Notes under the pieces: generated by a model
What the model saw: the letters and a program-made list of their open reading frames with translations, nothing else
What the model was told of the DNA's origin: nothing
The model's database searches: none
Made by a program: the position numbers and the translations under genes
In this document: piece by piece, positions 53,738 through 63,314 of the stretch
How positions within the stretch are numbered: position 1 is the first letter of the stretch
How the letters are laid out: the number at the start of each line of letters is the position of its first letter
Virus record (IMG/VR): IMGVR_UViG_3300045988_139196
Reading direction: 5' to 3' (one strand)
DNA: 64,000 nt
Origin: a virus

Positions 53738-55537
53738 GTATTATAGTGTGTTATATATCGTGAGCTTGCAAGCGGTGATATTGCAAGGGATCTTGACGTG
53801 TATATGTTTGTATGTATATATGTATGTGTACAAATATTTGGACTGTTGTAAACGTGATTTTATTGAAATAAGTGTACGATTTTTTGGACTTATAAGGATC
53901 TTTGAATGATCCTTTACTAATGGTTGCTAGTCAATTTGCATAATTTTATTAGTTGATTTTGTGCAATTTGCTAGTTTAAAATAGGGATTGAGTATTGAAT
54001 TTAAAGTGTATTTTAGTGAGTATTTACCACTTTGGCGGTAAATATGGAGTGAAATAGGGAATTGATAGGTTAAAATATTAATATAAAATGTTCAAATTTT
54101 AAAGATGATGATTAAGGGCGTTCGGTATATCGAATAGTAACCACCGATAAATATATTTAGCAAAAATCAAATATTAATAATAAACAAATATACTAAAAGT
54201 CAATTATTAACTTAATCAATAATTGATAAAAATCAAATATTATAAAGTCAATTGAGCTTGTATGAAGTCGGTAGAAATTATATTAACATTCTATGAATTG
54301 TGATACAATTATTTATATATGTGTTTTTGGCAAAAAGGCATATAAACCACGCAAATAAGCGGTTTTATGAATATGGTAAAGTAATTAATTAAAAAGACTT
54401 GTAGGGGTATCTTTACATTTATGGGAACATATGGAAACAAGATTATCCCCTTAGTAGTTCCACTCTATCCACACGCCCCAAAACCAAATCTAAAATCAAA
54501 ATAGCACTTTTTAAAATTCCTGCACACTATCCCACTACCCCACCAAAAAACCAAATTTTCATTCGATAATGCGTTCGAGTAAACCTCGTATCTATGCCAT
54601 TTTTTAAACTTTTTCAAACCCAAAAATATACTTAAATACACCGAAACACACCAAAATTAACTTGTAAACATTATTTCTATACCATAAGAAAACAACCTAT
54701 CACTCCCAAAAAATACACTCCATTAAAGACTATAATAGGTCTTATTTTTTTGTCCTAAAATGGCTATAAATCTAGTTTTACACTTAAACAATCACTCATT
54801 TAAAATTCAATTTTAATTCACTGTCAACTTATTAAATTACACTTCAGAAATAATATACTATCACCGAAACATCTCAAAACAATAAAAAACCATCAAAAAA
54901 ATCATTTATAAAACTCATAAAATAACCTATTGTAAAAACGAAAAAACGTTTTTACGCCTTGATTTACAAGCAAAAACAACGAATATGCTATCGTAATTTT
55001 ACCGAACGCTCCGAAATAAAATGCTTAGACGAAAACAAAATGTTTAAGTAGTTGCCAGACAACTCATGCAAACAATAATCTTTCAACTGAAAAAATATCT
55101 GTGAAGATTAGCGTGACCGTAGGGAACGATAATCAAACAGGGAAGTTATATACGAGCGTAGCGAGAATATAACTGACTAGCTGTGCGCAGCACAATAATA
55201 AATACAAAGCTTCTTCAATAACATAATGTCAATACATTATCATTAATTATCATTATCGGTCATTATCGCTTTATTGCTCAATAGATATAACCACCTTAAT
55301 AGATGTAATCACAATGATCTTCATTTTATGTTAGTTAATTTCATGTAAGTCATTTAATGTTCTATCCTACATTATTTAATTTTTAATTTCACTTTCCCTG
55401 AACCTCTCTTATTTTCTGATTTTTAAATTTTATTTCACTTGCCTTGGCTTATAACCTCTAAAAATGCAATTGACTTAATTGCCTCAATGTAAACAACAAA
55501 TTAACACAAAAGTTACATATTTATGTTCAACTCACTA

Positions 55538-55588
55538 TTGACACATCTCAAAAGTAGTAGTATAATAACCGTAGTATCTCAAAAGTAG
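55538..55588 (+). promoter_or_regulatory. conserved promoter/operator, copy C (starts the rightward block)
   Basis: TTGACA (55538-55543), 17 nt, TATAAT (55561-55566). TCTCAAAAGTAG boxes at 55546-55557 and 55577-55588. Confidence 0.75.
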
Positions 55589-55751
55589 CATACTAAACTT
55601 ATGATATTAATATATCATATTGATTATTAGTTGTCAACAAGAAATTTATTCCTGTAAACAATTAATATTTAGAAGAAAAAACCTACACGCTTTAGCGGGT
55701 AGGAAGGATTCTCTTATTACTAAAGATATCTAATATTATTCTACTCTACAC

Positions 55752-55826
55752 TTTGACCTACACTTTTAGTATACAGATTGCACACTTTTTTGCATTTTGA
55801 CCTACACTTTTGGTATACAGATTGCA
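55752..55826 (+). repeat. two 31-nt direct repeats, period 44
   Basis: TTTGACCTACACTTTT(A/G)GTATACAGATTGCA at 55752-55782 and 55796-55826. Confidence 0.8.
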
Positions 55827-55904
55827 AAAATGGCGGACTAACAATAAATGGAAGACAGCAATAAAAGGTGGTGACAAATCATAACTGACAATTATTTTGT
55901 AAAA

Positions 55905-56654
55905 ATGCCCAAGAAATATATATACGCTGACTCAGCAGACAACTTTGAAATTTTATTGTATCGCTGTCTTAGTTACCTATATGAAACTAGAACAAGGACG
56001 GTAGGTACATCTATAAATGAAATTTTGGAATTGTGTCATTGTTCCATTTATAGTAAAGGTAACAGAGAAAATACTCATAGGATAAAAGCACTTTTCAATA
56101 TTTTTATTGCTAGGTCAGATTTGACTTGGGACAACCAATGTGACTATAAATCATCAAATAATGTCAATGCAAACGCTCATTTAAGATTCAAGGTCAACAA
56201 AGCGGTGTTTGATCCTCCAGATAATTTCGTAATATTATACGACACAGAATGGGACAAACTAATGTCTATTTCAAATAGGCTGTCTAAGTCAATACTTCTT
56301 CGTGTTTACTTATACATAAAGTCATGGAACTTTCAGAATACAGAAATTATAACAGAGAGTGTTTGTGGTTGTTACAAGAAAGAAACGATAATGGCAGAAG
56401 AATTACATATGTCGGTCAGACAGTTAGACAACTATTTAAAGGCATTATGTGATAATGGGCTAATAGTCAAGCATATTACAGGCTCTTATATAAAGAATGG
56501 CAAGGTCTATAATGCTCCTAACGTTTATGTGCTTAGTTCAGATCTGAACGTACAACAACATATCCGAGAAGCTGTTGACAGACTAAAGTACACCTATAAG
56601 GTAGATGAATTTCTACCAATGACACATAAGAACAAGAAAATTAGAAAGGATTGA
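55905..56654 (+). CDS. winged-helix DNA-binding protein (possible replication initiator or regulator)
   Basis: ETIMAEELHMSVRQLDNYLKALCDNGLIVKH resembles a wHTH. It is the first gene beside the repeat-rich noncoding region. Confidence 0.45.
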   Translation: MPKKYIYADSADNFEILLYRCLSYLYETRTRTVGTSINEILELCHCSIYSKGNRENTHRIKALFNIFIARSDLTWDNQCDYKSSNNVNANAHLRFKVNKAVFDPPDNFVILYDTEWDKLMSISNRLSKSILLRVYLYIKSWNFQNTEIITESVCGCYKKETIMAEELHMSVRQLDNYLKALCDNGLIVKHITGSYIKNGKVYNAPNVYVLSSDLNVQQHIREAVDRLKYTYKVDEFLPMTHKNKKIRKD

Positions 56655-57505
56655 TAAACGTGATAGATAATAAGATTATAGTATTTGAAAACGAGGACTT
56701 TGGAGAACTTAGAACGGTTGAGATTGACGGAGAAGTTTGGTTTGTAGGTAAGGACGTGGCAATGATATTGGGTTATGGAAATGGAAAAGTTAAAAGTAAG
56801 GCTTTAGCTAACGCTATAAAAGATCATGTAGATATTGAAGATAAAAGGTTCTTAAACTATGATGAACTTAAAGCGTACCAAAATGGTGACCTTAAAAATA
56901 TTAGCCACTATGGAATGACAATTATAAATGAAAGCGGTCTATATTCTCTTGTATTTGGAAGTAAATTGTCAACCGCAAAGAATTTCAAACACTGGGTAAC
57001 TTCTGAGGTTCTTCCTTCACTTCGTAAAACTGGTACATATAATACGCAGGCTTTTGAAGAATTAAAAGCAGAGGTAATAAATCTCAAAGAAGAATTAGAG
57101 AAAAACAAATTACCCAAGAAAACATATAGTCCATGGTTTGGTCGTATGCACCCTAAATATAAATTAATAGAAGATAGTCTTGGTATTACTAGGGGTGCAT
57201 TGTATAGAGAAATTCTTAAAGAGCTTGCTAACAGATACGGACTTGATACATACCAAATAGAACAAGACTATTTGTATGAAAATTGTTTGGATAAATGTTA
57301 TCCTCTTGACCCATATCAGTGTGTTCCGCAATATCGCAATATGATAGAAGATATTATTAATGAGTATTTAATCAGTAACAGTTTAGCTGATAAAAACGAT
57401 ATTATTGCAACTAAGAAATATAAGACAATTTTTTCAAAAACTAATTCTAAGACTGATTTTAATGAGTCTTACTTTAACACAGAGGACGGTGAAAACAATG
57501 AGTAG
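56651..57505 (+). CDS. BRO-N domain protein
   Basis: FENEDFGELRTVEIDGEVWFVGKDVAMILGY. An alternative GTG start at 60 is 56660. Confidence 0.75.
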   Translation: MINVIDNKIIVFENEDFGELRTVEIDGEVWFVGKDVAMILGYGNGKVKSKALANAIKDHVDIEDKRFLNYDELKAYQNGDLKNISHYGMTIINESGLYSLVFGSKLSTAKNFKHWVTSEVLPSLRKTGTYNTQAFEELKAEVINLKEELEKNKLPKKTYSPWFGRMHPKYKLIEDSLGITRGALYREILKELANRYGLDTYQIEQDYLYENCLDKCYPLDPYQCVPQYRNMIEDIINEYLISNSLADKNDIIATKKYKTIFSKTNSKTDFNESYFNTEDGENNE

Positions 57506-57668
57506 AAATCGCAAAACAACTTCTTTACAACAACTATTCCCTGAAGATTATATATACGAGGTTCAGGACAAGCCTTTAGACGACAATGAAGAATATTTAA
57601 GGTTTCGCAGTGAGTATTGGACTATGCTGGCTGAAACTGACGATACATACAAAGAAGATTATATGTAA
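57498..57668 (+). CDS. small hypothetical protein (56 aa)
   Basis: The ATG at 57498 overlaps the upstream gene's end. The listed longer ORF lies inside the upstream gene. Confidence 0.45.
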   Translation: MSRNRKTTSLQQLFPEDYIYEVQDKPLDDNEEYLRFRSEYWTMLAETDDTYKEDYM

Positions 57669-57691
57669 GATAAAATAAAGGAGACAACAAA

Positions 57692-58396
57692 ATGAACAAT
57701 TTGAAACTTGTAGAAACAGACATATTTAATGAAATCGCAACTTGTGACTTTTGGGGTAACGCCAACAATGAGTATCTTGTCACAAGAGAACAGATTGGTA
57801 GAGCATTGGGCTATAGTAATCCTGCAAATGCAATTAAAAATATCCATTTAAAGCATAAAGAAAGGTTAGATAAATTTTCAACTCAGCTCACTTCAAAACA
57901 AATTGAAGGAAATAGACAGATTGAGCGTAAAAGAACATTTTATAATTTACAAGGTGTTTTACTTATCATTCAATATTCACAAGTACCTGAGCAATTAAAA
58001 GAAAATTTATTGACAAAAATCAAAAGCAAAATGGGTAATAAGGAAATCGTTGTAATTACAGAACGCAAAGAATTGAATTTTATTAATGATTTGGAGGAGA
58101 TTTTGTCAGTTTTTCTGATTAAAGGAATCAGACAATTTCGCATAGGAAATAAATATAGAATCGACTATTACATTCCCACTATAAAAGTTGCCATTGAATA
58201 TGATGAAAATTCTCACAAGCTTTACAACCAAGATGAAGAAATAATGCGTGAAACTTTTATAAAAGAGCAATTAGGTTGTAAATTTATTAGGATATCAGAC
58301 GATTACAATAATAATAAAGGAATAGGTCTAGTCATAAAGAAATTAATAAATTGGGGTATTTTAAAATCAGGACTGGAGGTAATGAACAATGCCTAG
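57692..58396 (+). CDS. BRO-N domain protein fused to a PD-(D/E)XK-like (Vsr/DUF559-like) nuclease module
   Basis: N-terminal ..YLVTREQIGRALGYSNPANAI (Bro-N). C-terminal YRIDYYIPTIKVAIEYDENSH...LGCKFIRIS (D..E.D/E pattern). Confidence 0.55.
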   Translation: MNNLKLVETDIFNEIATCDFWGNANNEYLVTREQIGRALGYSNPANAIKNIHLKHKERLDKFSTQLTSKQIEGNRQIERKRTFYNLQGVLLIIQYSQVPEQLKENLLTKIKSKMGNKEIVVITERKELNFINDLEEILSVFLIKGIRQFRIGNKYRIDYYIPTIKVAIEYDENSHKLYNQDEEIMRETFIKEQLGCKFIRISDDYNNNKGIGLVIKKLINWGILKSGLEVMNNA

Positions 58397-58640
58397 ACTA
58401 ACAAAACTTACAGAGAGTGAGTATGCCAATGGTGTATTCGCAGAAGCCAAAAGAATAAACAATAACGAGACAATTCGTAAACAACCGCCTACAGAACAGC
58501 AAGTTAGATTGTGTCTTAGAGTGTTAAGAGATTTTCACATACATATAAACAAGGATAATATTCCTAGATTTAAAAGTGTTCAGGAATTAGAGCTTTGGCA
58601 AAAGAAAATGATACACAATAAATTATATGACAATAACTAA
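58389..58640 (+). CDS. hypothetical protein
   Basis: ORF only. Confidence 0.5.
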   Translation: MPRLTKLTESEYANGVFAEAKRINNNETIRKQPPTEQQVRLCLRVLRDFHIHINKDNIPRFKSVQELELWQKKMIHNKLYDNN

Positions 58641-58659
58641 AACGGAAAGGTAGATTAAA

Positions 58660-59697
58660 ATGACAGAAAACAACAAAACTATGGTAACAGTATTTGAGAG
58701 CAAAGATTTTGGCAAGGTAAGAACGGTAGATATTGATAACAAGATTTACTTTTGCGGTTCTGATGTGGCAAAGGCGTTGGGGTATTCAAGACCAGCGGAC
58801 GCAATAACATCTCATTGTAAAGGGGTCTGCGTTTTACCGACCCCTTCGGCTGGAGGTGTACAGAAAACAAAATTCATTTCAGAGGGTGACGTTTATCGTC
58901 TTATAGCACATAGTAAACTCCCTTCCGCAGAACGCTTTGAGAGTTGGATATTTGACGAGGTACTTCCAACTATACATAAAACAGGCAGTTATATTGCGGC
59001 AGGCTCGGAAAAAGACAATGAACTAAAACTATTGCAAGCTACGGTTACTCAGCTTCAGAATATGTTACTTGCATTATCGGCTAAGAAAATACCAAATGAA
59101 AAAGCTTTGAACATATGGAAGAAACAAATTAGCACTCCGCTTATAGTGAAGTTACAGGATAATGCTTTACGAACTACAGGTGAGGTTGTTGAGTTTGCAG
59201 ATATGCTACATAGAGTTTATACTCAAATGACTTCAATGTTTGGCTTTTGTACTGTTACGGCTCTTAGTGAGTTTACAGATAAGTACAATTGTGATTGTAC
59301 TACAATACAGCCAAGTATTATAAATGCTATTGCGGATAATCATGTATATCAGGCTTGGTTTACTCAGGCTTGTAATCAGCTTATGATTTGTGTAGGTAAT
59401 GGGGATAGGTTTACATCTGACGATGGTTGTACTTATAATGCTACACAGTTTACTTTAGAGGACAGCTTTGATTTTATTGCTTACACACTGGCAGAGGTTA
59501 TGAATGATAGATCGGCTCATCATGCACACACGCTGTCTATGGTTTATAAGAAGATAAACTCCACGAGAGGTTGGCATAATCAAATGACTAGGAAGAAGGC
59601 AAAGACTAAGAAAGATGTAATATTGTCTGATAGAAAACAGTTTACTAAATTTGTGTTAGCTAGCAATGAAATTATAAAGGAATTGAGAAGGAGTTAA
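58660..59697 (+). CDS. BRO-N domain protein
   Basis: FESKDFGKVRTVDIDNKIYFCGSDVAKALGYSRPADAI. Confidence 0.75.
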   Translation: MTENNKTMVTVFESKDFGKVRTVDIDNKIYFCGSDVAKALGYSRPADAITSHCKGVCVLPTPSAGGVQKTKFISEGDVYRLIAHSKLPSAERFESWIFDEVLPTIHKTGSYIAAGSEKDNELKLLQATVTQLQNMLLALSAKKIPNEKALNIWKKQISTPLIVKLQDNALRTTGEVVEFADMLHRVYTQMTSMFGFCTVTALSEFTDKYNCDCTTIQPSIINAIADNHVYQAWFTQACNQLMICVGNGDRFTSDDGCTYNATQFTLEDSFDFIAYTLAEVMNDRSAHHAHTLSMVYKKINSTRGWHNQMTRKKAKTKKDVILSDRKQFTKFVLASNEIIKELRRS

Positions 59698-59701
59698 ATT
59701 T

Positions 59702-60004
59702 ATGAGAACATATACGGTAACAAGCAAAGTAACCGCAGAGGAACGTGAGGTTACAATTAACATTTCATGCGAGAATGGCGAGTGGGTCGCTAATTTGTAT
59801 ACCTGCATTGAGAAGTATGCTAACAAATGTAAAAAGCAAGGCTGGAAACAGATTGATGAAACAAGACACACTGACGGTACGTTTATCGGAGCTACATTTA
59901 TTGCTCCTGCCAAAGCCATTAGTATTAGAAACGCTCACCCAACTAAAAGAGTTATCTCAGAAGAACATAAACAAAAGCTTTTAGCTGCGAGAAATAAAGA
60001 TTAG
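59702..60004 (+). CDS. hypothetical protein
   Basis: ORF only. Confidence 0.5.
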   Translation: MRTYTVTSKVTAEEREVTINISCENGEWVANLYTCIEKYANKCKKQGWKQIDETRHTDGTFIGATFIAPAKAISIRNAHPTKRVISEEHKQKLLAARNKD

Positions 60005-60013
60005 TTAAAATTG

Positions 60014-60105
60014 TACATTAATTGTGTTAATTTTACAGCTAAATTGTTTTGAGTATAATTTTACTTGTAAAGTATTACTCTTTAAAATTTAACACAATTA
60101 ATGTA
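60014..60105. repeat. 17-bp perfect inverted repeat flanking a 58-nt spacer, upstream of the RNAP-like gene
   Basis: TACATTAATTGTGTTAA (60014-60030) and TTAACACAATTAATGTA (60089-60105). The spacer contains GAGTATAAT. Confidence 0.75.
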
Positions 60106-60158
60106 TGTTCCTGACGGTAGAACGTAGATTATGATAGATATAAAGATAGGAGATATAA

Positions 60159-62834
60159 ATGGCATTAAATAAACTATATTATGTGTATGGACTTGACACA
60201 GCTTGTTTTTACACTGATAAAGAAAATGAGATTGAAAAGTATTTACTAAAGGCTAGGCGTGTTAAGAACAGATTTAAACAGAGGTACGTTGATAATAAAA
60301 ACAATCTTTCGCCAAAGAGACAAAAGCTCTATCAGCAATTAAATAAACTCGTTATAAGGCTAAAGTCTGAATTGAAAGAAGAATTACATAAAAACATAGG
60401 ACTAACTCGAAACGTGAGAATGGATAAGATCGTTGACAAAAACGGAGAGCCGTCTATTAGAAAGAGGGTTTCTATTTTTGATAGTTCTTTGACAAGATAT
60501 TTTGGCTTAAAGGAAAGAGAATTTAATACCGAGATACTTATAATTAAGGTCTATTTTTACGATGTAGCTGAGAGCATTGTTAAAAATGGTTTTTATATGA
60601 ATGGCTATAAATATAAATTTTTCTCGGCTTCAGCAGGGCAGATAAGAACAAAAAAACTTGTTGCGGTTAGAGAAGATTTGTTGCTTAAATATTGGAATGC
60701 CTTGACCGCTGGCTTAACCGTGGAGAAAATCAACAAGTTGGGCGGTATGAATATTAACAAATATTTAGCATATTTGGCTTTATGCAATTCTGCAACAGAC
60801 CTATGGGAAGATTTTAACATTGATCGTTGTATTGTTGTTGATGATTTTGAAAATGTAATTCATGATACGGTTGATTTTATAGACGATAAAACCTACGAGA
60901 TTACAAGAGTAACGAAAGATTTAGATTTTACACAAACTGATGGCTGTGGAATGATTTTACCATATCTAACTGATAGAAATTTTATGGTTAGACTACCGTG
61001 GATAAAGGGTTTATTGGCTAAATTTGATTTCGTAAAATTCATTAAGGATAACAATGCAACAGGAATCGTAAAAGATATTTATGGCACAACTCACAATATA
61101 ATTGATGAAAATATTCAGATAATTTTCACTAAGAGCCAGTTAAAAATGTGGAAATATTTTGACAGTTGGGAAGAGTATAAAAACAATTTTAAAAAATATG
61201 GCTGTACCGCAGGTATATGTAATCGTGAAGAAAGCGTAATATCAGACTCGGTTATAAATTATCAGATGATACAAACTCTAGCTGATATGACGGATAGCGA
61301 AATAAAAGAATTGGCAAAAAGTAACATAGAAGAAATAGATAAAATTGCCTCTGATGTACCAACAATGCTCAAAGTTTTTGGAGCTGATAAATCTAATTGT
61401 TATAAAACTGGTTTTCAAAAGTGCCTTGAAATTTATCCTGAATTGCTTTCTGACTTATATTGCAGGAGTATGTTAAAAGATATAAAAAAGAAAAAAGAGA
61501 AAGAATTATGGTCTGCACGTTTTGATATGGGTGGTAAATATAGCTTTGTCATACCAGATTTGTATGCGTTTTGTGAATGGCTGTTTTTGGGGATAAAAAA
61601 TCCAATGGGTCTTTTACAGAATGGTGAAGTATGTTGTAAGTTGTACAATGACAATGAAAAATTAGATTGTCTTAGAAGTCCCCACTTGTATATAGAACAC
61701 CCAATAAGAATAAATAAAACACAATTTGATTGGTTTGATACCAATGCTATTTACATAAGTTCTCATGACCTTATTTCAAGAATAGTACAATGCGATTTTG
61801 ATGGAGATAAATTGCTTGTGACAAATAATTCAACGTTGGTTAGCATAGCAGAAAGAAATATGAATGGTATTGTTCCTTTATTTTACAATATGCGTAAGGC
61901 AGCGGCAGAAGAAATATCAGTGAGTTCTTTATTTAAAGGCTTGTTACTAGCATATAATGGAGGCAATATTGGTACACCGAGTAACAATATTACAAAAATA
62001 TGGAATAGTGGCAAAATGAATAATGAAAAAATGCAAGCTGTTAAATGGTTAGTGGCAGAAGTAAATTATACTATAGACTATGCTAAAACGTTGTACAAAC
62101 CACAAAGACCTGAAAAGGTTGACAAAATTATCAAGCAATACACTAAAAACAAAATACCTTATTTTTTTATGTATGCCAAGGGCAAAAAGAAAGAACAGGT
62201 AAAACCATTGTCTTTATGCACTGTTGATAGAGTTAAAATGCTTTGTCCCAAAAGAAAAATCAACTTTAATTTTACAAACTCAAATATCGGCAAATTTGAT
62301 TATAAGGTTTTGATGAATAATCCAGATATAGAATTTAATCAAAACATTGCAGACAAATATAAAGAAATATCAAGTACGTTAAATTTTAAACATACAGATG
62401 ATAGCAAAATGAATAATTATCTTGCGGTGTTTGATGATGCAAAAAGCAAATTATTCAGTTTACCATATTCCAAAAACGTAATTATTGATAATATTATCAT
62501 TGATTTGTTCCACAATAGGCGTACCGCTTTAAAGAAAACATTTTGGCTCTTATTTGGTGACGAGGTGTACAATAACATAAAAAGAAATATTGGTAGTAAT
62601 TTTATACAATGCGAAAAATGTCATAAAAGATTTTATAAACATAGTTCCAATGAAAAATATTGCAATAAGTGCAAGGGTTATCAAAAAATTAAAACAAAAA
62701 CTTTGATCTGCTGTGATTGTGGTAAGGAGTTTGCGGTAGATAGTCAAAGTCGAAAAATTAGGTGTGAAGAATGCCACAAAAAAGAAAGAAGCAGGATAAA
62801 TAAAAACTATCGAGAAAAGACCAGTTCGTTTTAA
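60159..62834 (+). CDS. yonO: YonO-like single-subunit two-barrel RNA polymerase (RdRP/YonO family) with C-terminal zinc ribbons
   Basis: 891 aa. Catalytic-type QCDFDGDKLLV preceded by LRSPHLYIEHPIRI; upstream FFSASAGQIRTKK resembles the first-barrel motif. C-terminal CEKC..CNKC and CCDC..CEEC clusters. Confidence 0.6.
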   Translation: MALNKLYYVYGLDTACFYTDKENEIEKYLLKARRVKNRFKQRYVDNKNNLSPKRQKLYQQLNKLVIRLKSELKEELHKNIGLTRNVRMDKIVDKNGEPSIRKRVSIFDSSLTRYFGLKEREFNTEILIIKVYFYDVAESIVKNGFYMNGYKYKFFSASAGQIRTKKLVAVREDLLLKYWNALTAGLTVEKINKLGGMNINKYLAYLALCNSATDLWEDFNIDRCIVVDDFENVIHDTVDFIDDKTYEITRVTKDLDFTQTDGCGMILPYLTDRNFMVRLPWIKGLLAKFDFVKFIKDNNATGIVKDIYGTTHNIIDENIQIIFTKSQLKMWKYFDSWEEYKNNFKKYGCTAGICNREESVISDSVINYQMIQTLADMTDSEIKELAKSNIEEIDKIASDVPTMLKVFGADKSNCYKTGFQKCLEIYPELLSDLYCRSMLKDIKKKKEKELWSARFDMGGKYSFVIPDLYAFCEWLFLGIKNPMGLLQNGEVCCKLYNDNEKLDCLRSPHLYIEHPIRINKTQFDWFDTNAIYISSHDLISRIVQCDFDGDKLLVTNNSTLVSIAERNMNGIVPLFYNMRKAAAEEISVSSLFKGLLLAYNGGNIGTPSNNITKIWNSGKMNNEKMQAVKWLVAEVNYTIDYAKTLYKPQRPEKVDKIIKQYTKNKIPYFFMYAKGKKKEQVKPLSLCTVDRVKMLCPKRKINFNFTNSNIGKFDYKVLMNNPDIEFNQNIADKYKEISSTLNFKHTDDSKMNNYLAVFDDAKSKLFSLPYSKNVIIDNIIIDLFHNRRTALKKTFWLLFGDEVYNNIKRNIGSNFIQCEKCHKRFYKHSSNEKYCNKCKGYQKIKTKTLICCDCGKEFAVDSQSRKIRCEECHKKERSRINKNYREKTSSF

Positions 62835-62848
62835 ATAGAAAATGGACA

Positions 62849-62887
62849 AATACCTCGCAAATACGTTGTTTGCGAGGTATTTTTTTG
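62849..62887 (+). terminator. intrinsic terminator
   Basis: AATACCTCGCAAA-loop-TTTGCGAGGTAT followed by TTTTTTTG. Confidence 0.8.
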
Positions 62888-63073
62888 TCTAAAATGCTTA
62901 AAAATCGCTACCCATATGGAAAGAGTATTTTGCTAATTTACAAATCTAAAGAGTAATTTTTTCTTTTTAAGCAAATAAACATACTAATCCATAATATATT
63001 ATAACACGCACAAAGTCAATATTCAATAGGCATTGTGTACAAAATTAAAATTGAAAAGGTGGTTATTTTACAC

Positions 63074-63241
63074 ATGATTTTCGTCACAAAGGACGAGGCG
63101 GATTATCTTCGTCAGAACATTAAGAACGTTAAGATTTTCAAAACGTGCCGTCTGAAAAACAATGGCTCTAATCGTGGTAAGAGATACGCAGAGGAAACAT
63201 CTGCGGTTGTTAATCTGCTTGCCAAGTACAGAGCTGATTAA
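63074..63241 (+). CDS. small hypothetical protein (55 aa)
   Basis: Start MIFVTKDEADYL follows AAGGTGG. Confidence 0.45.
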   Translation: MIFVTKDEADYLRQNIKNVKIFKTCRLKNNGSNRGKRYAEETSAVVNLLAKYRAD

Positions 63242-63314
63242 AAAAATATCTTACAGTACGTCTGTAAGGGTGGGTATATCCCACTAACTTATTTAGAAAA
63301 GGAATTTATTTTTT

